This document shows, in pieces, positions 11,508-21,717 of a stretch of DNA of 64,000 nucleotides (the stretch's first letter is position 1; every line of letters begins with the position of its first letter). Location of the stretch: NCBI GenBank assembly GCA_963665295.1, contig OY762209.1:5344001-5408000 (forward strand). The letters are read 5' to 3'. The DNA is from Syntrophorhabdaceae bacterium. Lineage in GTDB: Bacteria; Desulfobacterota; Syntrophorhabdia; Syntrophorhabdales; Syntrophorhabdaceae. A program made the translations under genes and the position numbers. The notes under the pieces were generated by a model, which saw only the letters and a program-made list of their open reading frames with translations, was not told where the DNA came from and made no database searches.

Positions 11508-12068
11508 ATGGCGGCAGACAGAATAATCGATCTGGATCGTGAGCTGGCAGACCTTTTTACGAAGGAGGAAATGCTCGCTTTTTTCGATTTCCGTCTCGTC
11601 CTGAACGGAGACGAAGCGCTTTCCGGTCTCTGCAAAATCTCGGAGCCCAAAAGGCCGGGAGACAAGTCCACCTATTTCTCCCTTTTCTTTGTGACCGATA
11701 TACCCGACCAGAAGATGTGGACGGAAATAGACGCTCTCATGTCAAAAATACCATGGGACCGGTTCCAGAGGTATCTCCCTCATGTGGAAAGCGTCATGTC
11801 TCTCCCCATCCACAAGCCGATACACGGGGTATATCTCAGGGAGACCTACGTGTATGTGAACGGTCCCCTGCCGCCTCTCGGCGTGTACCTGACGAACCAG
11901 TTATATCCCGCCATCATCAGGGTGACCGGGTTTCAGGCAGGTGAACTCGTCATCTGGAGTGAAATCGCCGATATGATGGCCCCGCTGAAAGCCGCGGCAG
12001 ACGCGGCTGCGTCGAAAGACAAACCGGTGCCCACTTTCCTGGAAAGGTTGGGCAGGCTTCTCAAGTAG
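11508..12068 (+). CDS. Hypothetical protein
   Basis: 186-aa ORF filling the gap, GGGGGA RBS, no family recognised. Confidence 0.7.
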   Translation: MAADRIIDLDRELADLFTKEEMLAFFDFRLVLNGDEALSGLCKISEPKRPGDKSTYFSLFFVTDIPDQKMWTEIDALMSKIPWDRFQRYLPHVESVMSLPIHKPIHGVYLRETYVYVNGPLPPLGVYLTNQLYPAIIRVTGFQAGELVIWSEIADMMAPLKAAADAAASKDKPVPTFLERLGRLLK

Positions 12069-12117
12069 CGAACGTCCGAGGGAGGCTTCCCGACCCCTTT
12101 TGCGGGCAAGCGCCTTT

Positions 12118-13146
12118 CTATCGTTGACTCCCGTCCCGTGCCAGTTCCTGGACCATCCCCGGGAATCCCGGCATGTCGGTGCCTTTTGCGGATTGCCGGA
12201 CCAGCCTGACCGCCACCAGTCCCGATTCGGGTATGATCACAAGGTACTGTCCACCGTGCCCCCTGGCACAAAACCCCCCGGGCACGCCCCGGACAACCCA
12301 CCAGAGAAGACCTGAGTCCGGGTTAAAACCCTGCGCGGGAGAGGTAGAGAGCTTGATCCACTCCTCACTCACTATGCGCCTGCCTTTCCAGACGCCACCC
12401 TGGACCATCAACTGCCCGATCCGCGCGAGGTCCTCGGCGGTTATGTGAAGACCGGCCATTCCCAGGGCGTTCCCCCCTCCATCGACGGTCCATGAATACT
12501 CCCTGATCCCAAGGGGAATGAATATCTCGTCCCTCACAAAATGGTCCAGCCTCTTGCCCGTTACCTTCCTTACCACGCCCGAGAGCAGGTTTACCGCGCT
12601 GTTATTATAGGAGAACTCCGTCCCGGGATCGGAAATGAGGTCCCCGTCCCGCGCTGCCCGGACGAAGTCGGCCTTCGGCCCGATTCCGCTTCCCGGCTTC
12701 GTCATGTCTTTAAGGCCTGAAGTATGGTTAAGGAGGAGGCGAAGCGTGACAAGCCGTTTCTTTCCCCGGCTCCATTCCGGAAAGAAGCGGGACACAGGCT
12801 CATCCACCGACCTGATCCTGCCCGTGTCTATGAGCCGCCCTATGGCGAGGCTTACTACCGATTTGGTGATCGACATGCACTCCATGGGACCGGCGTCCGC
12901 GTCGCGGCGCCATGTGAGGACCGGCTCTCCGTTTCTTACCACCACGAAGGCATCCGACCCGGAAGCCTTGACCCGCTCGAGGAGAGGGCCGAGCGCCGCC
13001 GGGCTGACGCCCGAGGCGCGCCCTTCGGACGGGGAAGGTTCTCCTGCCGCCGTTAGGGGACCTGTCGCCTGTACAAAGGCAATAAGGAATAGCGTGGATA
13101 AAAGGAAGGTTATGCAGACCCCCGGGGCCCTGAGGCGCGGCATCAC
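12118..13146 (-). CDS. Serine hydrolase, beta-lactamase class C/AmpC-like family
   Basis: SITK (SxxK), LLNHTSG, YNN (YxN), ARGHGGQ; signal peptide. Confidence 0.9.
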   Translation of the reverse strand: MMPRLRAPGVCITFLLSTLFLIAFVQATGPLTAAGEPSPSEGRASGVSPAALGPLLERVKASGSDAFVVVRNGEPVLTWRRDADAGPMECMSITKSVVSLAIGRLIDTGRIRSVDEPVSRFFPEWSRGKKRLVTLRLLLNHTSGLKDMTKPGSGIGPKADFVRAARDGDLISDPGTEFSYNNSAVNLLSGVVRKVTGKRLDHFVRDEIFIPLGIREYSWTVDGGGNALGMAGLHITAEDLARIGQLMVQGGVWKGRRIVSEEWIKLSTSPAQGFNPDSGLLWWVVRGVPGGFCARGHGGQYLVIIPESGLVAVRLVRQSAKGTDMPGFPGMVQELARDGSQR

Positions 13147-13180
13147 CGCGTAAACCCGGGACCCTGGGGGACCGAATGTT

Positions 13181-14104
13181 CTACTTGCTGAACTCTATCT
13201 CTCCGAACTGTACACACTTCTTGAAAGAATGGTAGCGCTCTTTTATCTCATGGTACCCGAGAGCCTTCAGCCTGTTCACGCTGAAATCCTCCACATTGAA
13301 CGACGCCATGAGAGATCCCATGATAATGGCCTGCTTTATGGTTTCCGAGTTTGCTTCTCCCACGTTGGAGAGGTAGCCCATGAAGCCGCCGGCAAAGGTG
13401 TCCCCCGCGCCGGTGGGGTCGAACACATCCTCAAGGGGATAGGCCGGGCAAAGGAATATTTCGTCCCTGTTTACCATGAGAACGCCATATTCACCTCTCT
13501 TTGCCACTATGCATTGGGGACCTTTCTCCATAATCTTTCTGGCCCCTTTCACGAGGTTATGCTCTTTCGATATCTCTCGCAGCTCAGCCTCGTTTATGAC
13601 AAGCATATCGACCTTGCCGATAGCTTCCATAAGGGCGTCAAATTTGTTCTCTATCCAGAAATTCATGGTATCGAGGACCACCGTGGAGCCCTTCCCCACT
13701 TGTCCTATCACGTGGGATTGGAGATCGGGGTCAATGTTGGCGAGAAACACAAACTCCGCGTCCATGAAATTCTCGGGAATCAGGGGCCTGAAGTTCTCTA
13801 TTACATTCAACTCCGTCTTCAGGGTGATTGCCTGGTTGAGGTCAAAGCCGTACCGGCCTTCCCACCTGAAGGTCTTGCCGTTATCGACCTGGATGCCTCC
13901 CATGTCGACGTTCCTCTCCTTCAGGTAACTGATGTCGTCGAGGACAAAATCCTCCCCCACGGATGCGACAATGCCCACGTCGGTAAAGAAGCTCGCCGCC
14001 GAGGTGAAATGGAGGGCGGAACCCCCCAGCACATTATCCACCTTTCCGAAAGGGGTTTCTATAGAATCATATGCAACGGTGCCTACCACAAGGAGCTTGC
14101 TCAT
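13181..14104 (-). CDS. PfkB family carbohydrate/nucleoside kinase
   Basis: GGSA near N-terminus; DPTGAGDTFAGG PfkB signature. Confidence 0.93.
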   Translation of the reverse strand: MSKLLVVGTVAYDSIETPFGKVDNVLGGSALHFTSAASFFTDVGIVASVGEDFVLDDISYLKERNVDMGGIQVDNGKTFRWEGRYGFDLNQAITLKTELNVIENFRPLIPENFMDAEFVFLANIDPDLQSHVIGQVGKGSTVVLDTMNFWIENKFDALMEAIGKVDMLVINEAELREISKEHNLVKGARKIMEKGPQCIVAKRGEYGVLMVNRDEIFLCPAYPLEDVFDPTGAGDTFAGGFMGYLSNVGEANSETIKQAIIMGSLMASFNVEDFSVNRLKALGYHEIKERYHSFKKCVQFGEIEFSK

Positions 14105-14236
14105 GTGCCCATCTCCCGGGGTGCGAGGCATCTCTTCGGTTCCGACGTCAGTGCGCCTGCCCGATCCCCTAAACCTGTATTCTTAACATCGTAGTCAATT
14201 CCCATTATATCTCCACTCCCGGCCCGCGCCTTTATA

Positions 14237-15400
14237 TCAGACGCCCGCCTTCTTTCTTATTTCTTCAACCATGTCAAGCTTTTCCCAGGTAAAATCCGGG
14301 TCGTTGCGGCCGAAATGGCCACAGCACGCGGTCTTGTTGTATATGGGTCTCAAAAGGTCGAGTTTTTCTATGATCTTTCTCGGCCTCATATCGAACAATT
14401 CGTTCACGATCTCTGCGATTCTGTCGGGGGGTATCTTCGCGGTACCCTGTGTGTCGACCATTACGGATACGGGCTGGGCCACGCCTATGGTGTAGGCGAG
14501 CTGCAATTCCAGCCTGTCCGCAAGACCGGCTGCAACGAGGTTTTTCGCTATGTAGCGGGCCATGTACGACGCGCTCCTGTCTACCTTCGAGGGGTCTTTC
14601 CCCGAAAAGGCGCCGCCGCCGTGGCTTCCTACTCCACCGTAGGTATCGACGATGATTTTGCGGCCCGTCATGCCGCAGTCCCCTTTAGGTCCGCCTACCA
14701 CGAACCGTCCCGTGGAATTGACATATATCTTCGTATTTTCGTCCATCAGTTCTGCAGGAATGACCTTTTTGATTACTTCCTCGACAACGCCCTCTCTCAC
14801 GGTAGCGCTGGTAACATCCGGGTTGTGCTGTGCGGCGATAACCACCGCATCGACCCTGACGGGCTTTCTGTCGATATATTCTATGGTCACCTGGCTCTTT
14901 CCGTCAGGCCTCAGGAACGTGAGGGTATTGTTGTGCCTCACCTCCGCAAGCTTCTGCACGAGTTTGTGGGCATAGGAAATGGTCATGGGCATAAACTCAG
15001 CCGTTTCATTACACGCGAAGCCGAACATGATGCCCTGATCGCCCGCGCCCTGCTCATGCTCGTTCGTCTCATCGACGCCCATGGCGATATCGGGCGACTG
15101 TTCGTCTATGGAGGTAATTACCGCGCAGGTTTCCCAGTCGAATCCCATAGAGGAGTTGTTGTATCCGATACCTTTGATCGTTTCCCTCACCACGTCGGGG
15201 ACGTGGACATAACAATCGGTGGTAATCTCACCACCTACAAGGACAAGTCCTGTGGTGCACAGCGTTTCGCACGCCACTCTGGCCTTCTTGTCCTGGCCGA
15301 TCATCGCATCAAGAATTGCATCTGAAATCTGGTCCGAAACCTTATCGGGATGTCCCTCTGCGACAGATTCGGATGAAAAAAGAAACCTACTCATTCCCAT
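14237..15400 (-). CDS. metK: S-adenosylmethionine synthetase
   Basis: [33 protein letters not shown]. Confidence 0.98.
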   Translation of the reverse strand: MGMSRFLFSSESVAEGHPDKVSDQISDAILDAMIGQDKKARVACETLCTTGLVLVGGEITTDCYVHVPDVVRETIKGIGYNNSSMGFDWETCAVITSIDEQSPDIAMGVDETNEHEQGAGDQGIMFGFACNETAEFMPMTISYAHKLVQKLAEVRHNNTLTFLRPDGKSQVTIEYIDRKPVRVDAVVIAAQHNPDVTSATVREGVVEEVIKKVIPAELMDENTKIYVNSTGRFVVGGPKGDCGMTGRKIIVDTYGGVGSHGGGAFSGKDPSKVDRSASYMARYIAKNLVAAGLADRLELQLAYTIGVAQPVSVMVDTQGTAKIPPDRIAEIVNELFDMRPRKIIEKLDLLRPIYNKTACCGHFGRNDPDFTWEKLDMVEEIRKKAGV

Positions 15401-15529
15401 GTCTATACCTCCTCGTTATTGATATCGTTAAACCTAACCAAAGAATCCCGGCCGGGCGCCGCTCCATGGGGGGAGCGTTGCGGGTAAACGTGCCGGACAC
15501 TCTATATGTTGTCTATTCTCCTTTGGGCC

Positions 15530-17314
15530 TCAATCCCCATAACACCTCAAAAAATCCTCGGGAAAAAGTCTGCCCATCTCTCTGCGGAGCAGAATCTCCC
15601 CCTCCTTGGCCGACTGTCCGTTCATTACCTCTTCGAGAAGGTCTTTACAATAGTCGTGATCCAGTCCCCTTACGACCTTCTTGGCCCTGGGGATCGAATA
15701 AGGGTTCATGCTCAGCTCATCGAGCTCGAGACCCAGCAGGATCGGGACATACAGGGGTTCGCCTGCCATTTCGCCGCACAGGGCGACCTCTATCTCTTCC
15801 GAATGGGCCGCATCCACCGTCCTCTTTATCATTCTGAGCACGGCAGGGTGGAGCGGCTCGTACAAATAGGACACGTATTCATTTACCCTGTCTATGGCCA
15901 GAGTGTACTGTATCAGATCGTTGGTGCCGATACTGAAAAAATCGACTTCCTTGGCGAGGATGTCCGCGATCATGCACGTGGAAGGTACCTCGATCATGAT
16001 GCCGATCTTTATATCCTTGTTAAAATGGATCCTCTTGCGCTTCAGTTCGTCCATGCACTCGTAGATCACGGCCTTTGCGAGCTTTACCTCTTCCACGCCC
16101 GACACCATGGGGATCAGTATCCTCAAGGGGCCGTGGGCGCTCGCCCTGAGAATGCCCATGATCTGCGATTTGAAGAGGGCCATTTCCTTAATACAAAGCC
16201 GGATCGCCCTGAGGCCCATGGCAGGGTTTATCTCCTTCGGGACCTCGATGGTGGAAGCAAACTTGTCGCCCCCGATATCAAGGGTCCTTATGGTGATATA
16301 TTTCAGTACCTTGTTCTCTGCGAGCTTTCGGTAGATGTGGTAGTGATCCATCTCGGAAGGAAGGGTCTTTCTCGAAAGGTATATGTACTCCGTCCTGTAA
16401 AGTCCTATACCGCTGGCCCCGTACCTCTCCACGATGTCCATTTCCGCGAGAAGCTCTATATTGGCCCCGATCTTGACCCTGAAGCCGTCGCGGGTTTCCG
16501 ACCTGAGTTTTGCGATCCTCAGGAAATCACGCTTCTGCCCCTTCAGGTGCAATTGCCTTGCAACATAGTCCTTGTGGACCTGTTTGCTGGGGTTGATTAT
16601 CACTACGCCGTCATCGCCGTCTATGATAATCGTGTCATTGTTCTTCACCAGACTCGTGATATCCCCCAGCCCGACTACGGCGGGTATTTCAAGGGCCCTC
16701 GCCACGATAGACGTGTGTGAGGTCCGCCCGCCCACATCAGTGGCAAACCCCGATATCCTGTTGAGGTTCAGCTGAATCGTGTCCGCCGGTGAGAGATCGT
16801 GGGCTACAATGATCGCCCTTCCCTTGAGATCCCTGGGGCGGACGGTCGGGCTTTTGCCCTTCACGAGTATCCTGATCAGCCTGTCATAAATATGCTTGAT
16901 GTCCAGGCCCCTTTCCCTCAGGTAAAGGTCTTCCATCTTCTCGAAACTGGCGAGGTATTTGGACACTACGATATCAAGGGCCCACTCCGCGTTGATCTTC
17001 CTCTCCCGGATAGTGTCCGTCACGTCGTTCACGAAGAGGTCATCCTGGAGTATGAGCATGTGGGCGTCTATGATAAAGGCGTGCTTCCGCATCTCATCGT
17101 CGGGTATGGTCTTCTTTATGTTATCGAGTTCCTCGATGGCAACCTTTATGGCGTTCTTGAACTTGAGCACTTCCCGCTCGACATGGTCTTCTTTCACGGA
17201 GAGCTTGCTCACCGCAACCTTGCCCCGTTCGAGGAGGTATACAGTGCCGATCGCTATGCCGGACGATACTCCGACCCCCTTAAGAACCTTGTTGACAAAA
17301 ACCTCTTCGCTCAT
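15530..17314 (-). CDS. ptsI: PEP-protein phosphotransferase (PTS enzyme I)
   Basis: GGRTSHTSI active-site His, GLYRTE, RTLDIGGDK, SIGTNDLIQY, LCGEMAG. Confidence 0.96.
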   Translation of the reverse strand: MSEEVFVNKVLKGVGVSSGIAIGTVYLLERGKVAVSKLSVKEDHVEREVLKFKNAIKVAIEELDNIKKTIPDDEMRKHAFIIDAHMLILQDDLFVNDVTDTIRERKINAEWALDIVVSKYLASFEKMEDLYLRERGLDIKHIYDRLIRILVKGKSPTVRPRDLKGRAIIVAHDLSPADTIQLNLNRISGFATDVGGRTSHTSIVARALEIPAVVGLGDITSLVKNNDTIIIDGDDGVVIINPSKQVHKDYVARQLHLKGQKRDFLRIAKLRSETRDGFRVKIGANIELLAEMDIVERYGASGIGLYRTEYIYLSRKTLPSEMDHYHIYRKLAENKVLKYITIRTLDIGGDKFASTIEVPKEINPAMGLRAIRLCIKEMALFKSQIMGILRASAHGPLRILIPMVSGVEEVKLAKAVIYECMDELKRKRIHFNKDIKIGIMIEVPSTCMIADILAKEVDFFSIGTNDLIQYTLAIDRVNEYVSYLYEPLHPAVLRMIKRTVDAAHSEEIEVALCGEMAGEPLYVPILLGLELDELSMNPYSIPRAKKVVRGLDHDYCKDLLEEVMNGQSAKEGEILLRREMGRLFPEDFLRCYGD

Positions 17315-17577
17315 TCTTCGTAAAATCCTTCGTCAAGCAACGTACCGAGTTCCTTGAACGCCTGTTCCTCGTCGGAACCGTTCGTACTCAGCCTTATTGT
17401 GCTTCCAAGGGGACATGCGAGCATGAGGAGCCCCATAATGCTCTTCCCGTTTACCCTTGCCTCGCCCTTTTCCATCCATATTTCCGCTTCGAATTCAGTC
17501 GCCTTCTTCACGAACAGCGCCGCAGCCCGCGCATGAAGGCCCAGTCTGTTCCTTATGGTGAATGTCCCTTCCCGCAT
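17311..17577 (-). CDS. ptsH: Phosphocarrier protein HPr/NPr
   Basis: GLHARAA (His15) and GKSIMGL (Ser46). Confidence 0.96.
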   Translation of the reverse strand: MREGTFTIRNRLGLHARAAALFVKKATEFEAEIWMEKGEARVNGKSIMGLLMLACPLGSTIRLSTNGSDEEQAFKELGTLLDEGFYEE

Positions 17578-17583
17578 AGATTC

Positions 17584-17994
17584 CTAGTCCTTTTTTCTCG
17601 CCTTCAGTACATCCGTCGCCAGGTAGATGTTCTTCTGTCCATACTGAGCGATAAACTGCGCGAGTTCGTTCAACAACTTCCCTTCCCTGTAGGAAACCAG
17701 TTTTATCAGCATGGGCAGGTTGACTCCCGCAACGACCTCTACCTTGCCGTCCTCCAGAAAAGAGAGGCTTATATTCGAGGGGGTGCCTCCGAACATGTCG
17801 GTAAGGATGATGATCCCTTCCCCTGAGTCCACCTTCTTCAGCGCCTGGACGACCTTGTCTTTCACCTTATCCACATCATCGGTGGGAAAAATATCCACAT
17901 ACCCGAACTGCTTCTGTTTCCCTACTATCAGTTCGGTGGCTGCGACCATCTCCCGCGCCAGATTGAAATGGGCCACAACAATCAGTCCTATCAT
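17584..17994 (-). CDS. PTS EIIA component, mannose/fructose family
   Basis: IVVAH, TDMFGGTPSN, GVNLPML. Confidence 0.93.
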   Translation of the reverse strand: MIGLIVVAHFNLAREMVAATELIVGKQKQFGYVDIFPTDDVDKVKDKVVQALKKVDSGEGIIILTDMFGGTPSNISLSFLEDGKVEVVAGVNLPMLIKLVSYREGKLLNELAQFIAQYGQKNIYLATDVLKARKKD

Positions 17995-18004
17995 CTCTTC
18001 CTCC

Positions 18005-18853
18005 TCACCTGTCAATATCCCTGTGAACGGCAGAGACAGTATAATTCAACGCTGAGAGCTGCTTCGCGAGATCGACGGCCATAAATACCGACCTGTGCTT
18101 TCCGCCCGTGCATCCGAGGCCCACGGTCAGGTAGTTCTTGCCTTCCTCCTCGTATAACGGAATAAGGTAAGACAGGAAGTCAAAGAGCATACGGGAATAC
18201 TCCTCGTATACCCTAGTCGATCTTATGAATTGGGCGACCTCGTCGGTAAGTCCTGTTTTTTCTCTCAGTTCGTCGACAAAATAAGGGTTGGGCAGAAACC
18301 TTACGTCGAATACCATGTCCGCTTCAAGGGGCACTCCCTGGGCATAACCGAAGGACATGAGGTTTATTATCATCCCTCTCCGGTCTTCCTGCCTGTATTC
18401 ATTGAAAGCAAGGCGCCTCAGTTCATGGGGTGTCATGTAAGACGTGTCGATCACCCGATCCGCGATGTCCCTGATCCAGCTTACGAGTGCCCTTTCCTCC
18501 TTCAAGGCTTCCTTGACACTCGATATGGCATAAAGAGGATGAGAACGCCTCGTAACCTTGAACCTGTTTATCAAAACATCGTCGGAGCTGTCCAGGAAGA
18601 TGACTTCGGCCTTCCACTTGGCCTTCACCTGTTTCAGGATATCCCTTCCCTCTTCGAAAAATTCCTTTTCCCTGATATCGACGACAAGGGCGCATTTTTC
18701 GATCTTATCACCTGCGGCTTTTGCGAGAATGGAAAACTTCTGAAGCATGATGAGAGGGAAATGGTCGACACAGAAGTACCCCACGTCTTCAAGGGCCCTG
18801 AGGAACGTAGTCTTTCCCGACCCGGAGATGCCGCTAAGAATCACTATTTTCAA
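18005..18853 (-). CDS. rapZ: RNase adapter RapZ (P-loop protein)
   Basis: GISGSGKT, DVRFLPNP, GCTGGKHRSV. Confidence 0.95.
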   Translation of the reverse strand: MKIVILSGISGSGKTTFLRALEDVGYFCVDHFPLIMLQKFSILAKAAGDKIEKCALVVDIREKEFFEEGRDILKQVKAKWKAEVIFLDSSDDVLINRFKVTRRSHPLYAISSVKEALKEERALVSWIRDIADRVIDTSYMTPHELRRLAFNEYRQEDRRGMIINLMSFGYAQGVPLEADMVFDVRFLPNPYFVDELREKTGLTDEVAQFIRSTRVYEEYSRMLFDFLSYLIPLYEEEGKNYLTVGLGCTGGKHRSVFMAVDLAKQLSALNYTVSAVHRDIDR

Positions 18854-19790
18854 TAATCCGCCCCTTCTCTATGGTCCTTAATATCTTCTCTTCCAACTCG
18901 ACCGCCGTGTTTATGCCCTGGGTCTTGAGGATATGGTTTCTGCACGCAAGCTCTATGATCGCCGAAACGTTCCTCCCGGAGCTAACAGGAATTCTCACAA
19001 GGGGCAGATCGAGCCCGAGAAGCCCGTATTTGTCTTCCCTCAAGCCGACTCTTTCGCAGTCCACGCCCTTGTCCCAGTCGAGGAGTTCTACCACAAAATC
19101 CAGCCTCTTCCTGTCCCGCACCGAGGAAACACCAAAAAGCTGCCTGATATCGACAATTCCGACCCCCCTTATCTCCAGAAGGTTCTTTATCATCTCCGGC
19201 GCTTCTCCGTAAAGGTCGATTATCCCCATCTTCTTCACCTGAACCACATCATCGACCACAAGCCTGTGACCACGCATGACGAGGTCAAGGGCGTTCTCGC
19301 TTTTGCCTATACCGGGTCTGCCGATTATCAGCACGCCCACGCCCAGGATATCCATAAGGACACCGTGGACCGTGGTGTTAGGGGCAAGCTTCTCTTCGAG
19401 AAACCTCGTTATCCTCTCGATAAAAACGGAGGTAATAAGGGGGGTTCTCAGTATGGGAATGTCCTTCTTCTCCGCCTCCCTCAGAAAATAATCAGGTACG
19501 GCAAGGTTGCGCGTTATTATAAAACAGACCACCGGGTTTTTGCAAAGCTCTTTTATTATCCGCTTGCTCTCCTCCTCCGGAAGAGAATGCAGATAGGACA
19601 TCTCCACATTCCCCAGGATCTGTACCCTGTGGGGATGGAGATACACCATGTGGCCCGTTATCACAAGTCCTAGCTTCTGTATCCTCGGGTTGAATATCTT
19701 CCTCGATAACCCTTGAAACCCTGTAGCAGCCTCCAACTCCAGCCCGTATACGGTGTCGTCTTTCAGTTCTTGTACGGTTATTCCCGTCAT
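18834..19790 (-). CDS. hprK: HPr kinase/phosphorylase
   Basis: HGVLMD, GRPGIGKSE Walker A, LVVDD, LEIRGVGI. Confidence 0.95.
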   Translation of the reverse strand: MTGITVQELKDDTVYGLELEAATGFQGLSRKIFNPRIQKLGLVITGHMVYLHPHRVQILGNVEMSYLHSLPEEESKRIIKELCKNPVVCFIITRNLAVPDYFLREAEKKDIPILRTPLITSVFIERITRFLEEKLAPNTTVHGVLMDILGVGVLIIGRPGIGKSENALDLVMRGHRLVVDDVVQVKKMGIIDLYGEAPEMIKNLLEIRGVGIVDIRQLFGVSSVRDRKRLDFVVELLDWDKGVDCERVGLREDKYGLLGLDLPLVRIPVSSGRNVSAIIELACRNHILKTQGINTAVELEEKILRTIEKGRIIENSDS

Positions 19791-19833
19791 CCGGCAAACA
19801 TCTTCCCACCCGCGTTATTTCGCGGCGTCCCTT

Positions 19834-20298
19834 TCATGGATGCTTTCTGTCCTCTTCAATTACCTTCTCGTACAGACCGTCCGCTCCATTGAACTCAACG
19901 AGACTTCTCCTGAAGGATGGGTCCCTCAGGATCTTCGAGATGCGGGACAACATCTTGAGGTGCAGGCTCGCCGAGTCTTCCGGCGCAATAAGCAGAAAAA
20001 ATATGTGAACCGGTTTACCGTCCACCGCGTCAAAGTCGATACCCTCTTTCGACCTTCCAAAGGCGCACAGGATGTTCGGTATGCCTTTAAGCTTTCCGTG
20101 GGGTATGGCAACTCCGTCGCCGATGCCTGTACTTCCAAGCTTTTCCCTCTCCAACACCACACCGACAGCCTTCCCGGCGTCCTGAACAAGGTTCGCTTCT
20201 TTCAGTGCGTTTACGAGCTCGGCCACGACCTCTTTCTTGGAGGTCCCTTTCAAGTCACTTATCACACACTGCCCGTTCAGCACTTCTTCTATTGTCAT
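19834..20298 (-). CDS. ptsN: PTS EIIA-Ntr
   Basis: REKLGSTGIGDGVAIPHG motif. Confidence 0.93.
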   Translation of the reverse strand: MTIEEVLNGQCVISDLKGTSKKEVVAELVNALKEANLVQDAGKAVGVVLEREKLGSTGIGDGVAIPHGKLKGIPNILCAFGRSKEGIDFDAVDGKPVHIFFLLIAPEDSASLHLKMLSRISKILRDPSFRRSLVEFNGADGLYEKVIEEDRKHP

Positions 20299-20819
20299 AA
20301 AGTCTTTCCCTGCGTTTCAATGAGGCTGAAATTCCCGTCTTTTCTCTTGTAAATGACGCATATGTTTCCACGCTCACGGTCGCTGAAGATCATGAAGCTG
20401 TCTCCCGATGCGTCAAGCTGCATTGTCGCTTCCTCGGGGTCCATAGGTTTCGCATCCACCGTCCTCGTCACAATGATCTTCGAAGCCTCTGCGTCCTGAG
20501 CCGGACCCGCGCCTTTCGGTTTTGCCTCCCTATACTTCTTCAGCTTGTCCCTGAACCTCGTCAGTCTCCTCTCGAGCTTGTCCACGATTTTGTCAACAGC
20601 GGCATGCATCTCGTCCGTAACTTCATGGGCGTTGATCACCACGCCGTTGATAGTGAACATTACATCGATCCTGTGCCGGTATTTCCTCTCAATGGAGAGA
20701 ACCACATGAACGTCAAGAGGTATTTCAATATACTTTTGAAGTTTCGCGATCTTCTCTTCCACGTACTTCTTGATCTCCTCGTCAGGAGTGATGTGCCGGA
20801 AACTTATCGTTATACCCAT
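20295..20819 (-). CDS. hpf: Ribosome hibernation promoting factor (long HPF)
   Basis: DEMHAAVD...LERRL and C-terminal KPMDPEEATMQL...IYKRKDGNF. Confidence 0.93.
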   Translation of the reverse strand: MGITISFRHITPDEEIKKYVEEKIAKLQKYIEIPLDVHVVLSIERKYRHRIDVMFTINGVVINAHEVTDEMHAAVDKIVDKLERRLTRFRDKLKKYREAKPKGAGPAQDAEASKIIVTRTVDAKPMDPEEATMQLDASGDSFMIFSDRERGNICVIYKRKDGNFSLIETQGKTL

Positions 20820-21053
20820 AATACCTCCACTCATAAAAATAAGGTTGGCACAATTCCAACCCTGTCAACAAAGTTATCAGATATACAACGCGGTGTCAAC
20901 CTAATTCGTTGTAACCATTAAGCTATTAGGGATCACCCTGCGCCGGGGACCCACCCGGACCCCGGCGCGTCCCGCTCTGTAGAGGCGTAACTGCGCGCTA
21001 CGACACCCATAACGGGTCCCGCCGGTTCGGCCATGCCCTTTCACGTTATTCTC

Positions 21054-21082
21054 TTGATCCCGGGAGACTCATGTGGTACAAT
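21054..21082 (+). promoter_or_regulatory. Sigma70-type promoter of the riboswitch/efflux operon
   Basis: TTGATC-N17-TACAAT with extended -10 TG, 9 nt before the aptamer. Confidence 0.7.
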
Positions 21083-21091
21083 GAAACAAGC

Positions 21092-21183
21092 AAAGGGGAG
21101 TAGCTTTTATCGGCAGCAGCGTCATTACGTCTGCATAGACAGACCGGGCTGCCGGTTAGGTAAAACTAACAAGCAAGACCTTT
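21092..21183 (+). ncRNA. yybP-ykoY manganese riboswitch aptamer
   Basis: AAAGGGGAGTAGC...GCAAGACCTTT (P1/L1), P3 CGGCAGC/GCTGCCG with L3 CGTCATTAC, GTCTG/CAGAC stem, P4 GTTAG/CTAAC; P2 reduced to a short linker. Confidence 0.92.
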
Positions 21184-21216
21184 ACCAGCAAGACTGGTAA
21201 AGGTCTTTTTTATTTT
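21176..21216 (+). terminator. Riboswitch expression platform terminator
   Basis: Perfect 13-bp stem AGACCTTTACCAG/CTGGTAAAGGTCT plus T tract; its 5' arm overlaps the aptamer P1 3' strand, so the two folds exclude each other (ON switch). Confidence 0.9.
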
Positions 21217-21245
21217 GTACAAAAAGGAGGCAAGGCAGGTATTCC

Positions 21246-21587
21246 ATGAATAAAAACAGCGCAGGAGGAGGAAGCGATAATTCCGTGAGAATTCGTCCCG
21301 TAGCCCCATGGCCGGCCTTCGCGTTCCCCCTTCTCTCGATCCTGCTCATTGTCATGAGCCTTGCACTCCCCGCAATGGACGCCCTATCCGGACCGGACGA
21401 CGGCAGGAGCGGCAGGTCGTACGAATCCGGCAGTTCGCCCGACGACTCCGACGTGGATATGGACGGCGCGGGGTTGCCCGTAATCCCCTTTCGAACCGTC
21501 TTCCTTGACAGGACCTTCCTTTACTGCGACGGTGAAGGGCTTCGCCCATGGAGCCGGGCCATCTCCCTCTACAAGCCGCCAAGATAG
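21246..21587 (+). CDS. Small membrane/leader protein upstream of the RND pump
   Basis: Hydrophobic N-terminal helix, Asp/Ser-rich middle, C-terminus ISLYKPPR*; start uncertain (21246 ATG or 21285 GTG). Confidence 0.55.
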   Translation: MNKNSAGGGSDNSVRIRPVAPWPAFAFPLLSILLIVMSLALPAMDALSGPDDGRSGRSYESGSSPDDSDVDMDGAGLPVIPFRTVFLDRTFLYCDGEGLRPWSRAISLYKPPR

Positions 21588-21717
21588 CCATATCCTTCTT
21601 CCGACACCCGCACAAACAGGCGCCGGGGCTTCCAGGCCCGGCTACCGATGCGACGCCGGTCCCGGATACATGTTCATTGCATAAAAAGATCACCAGCCGA
21701 TTCAGGAGGCAACATTA

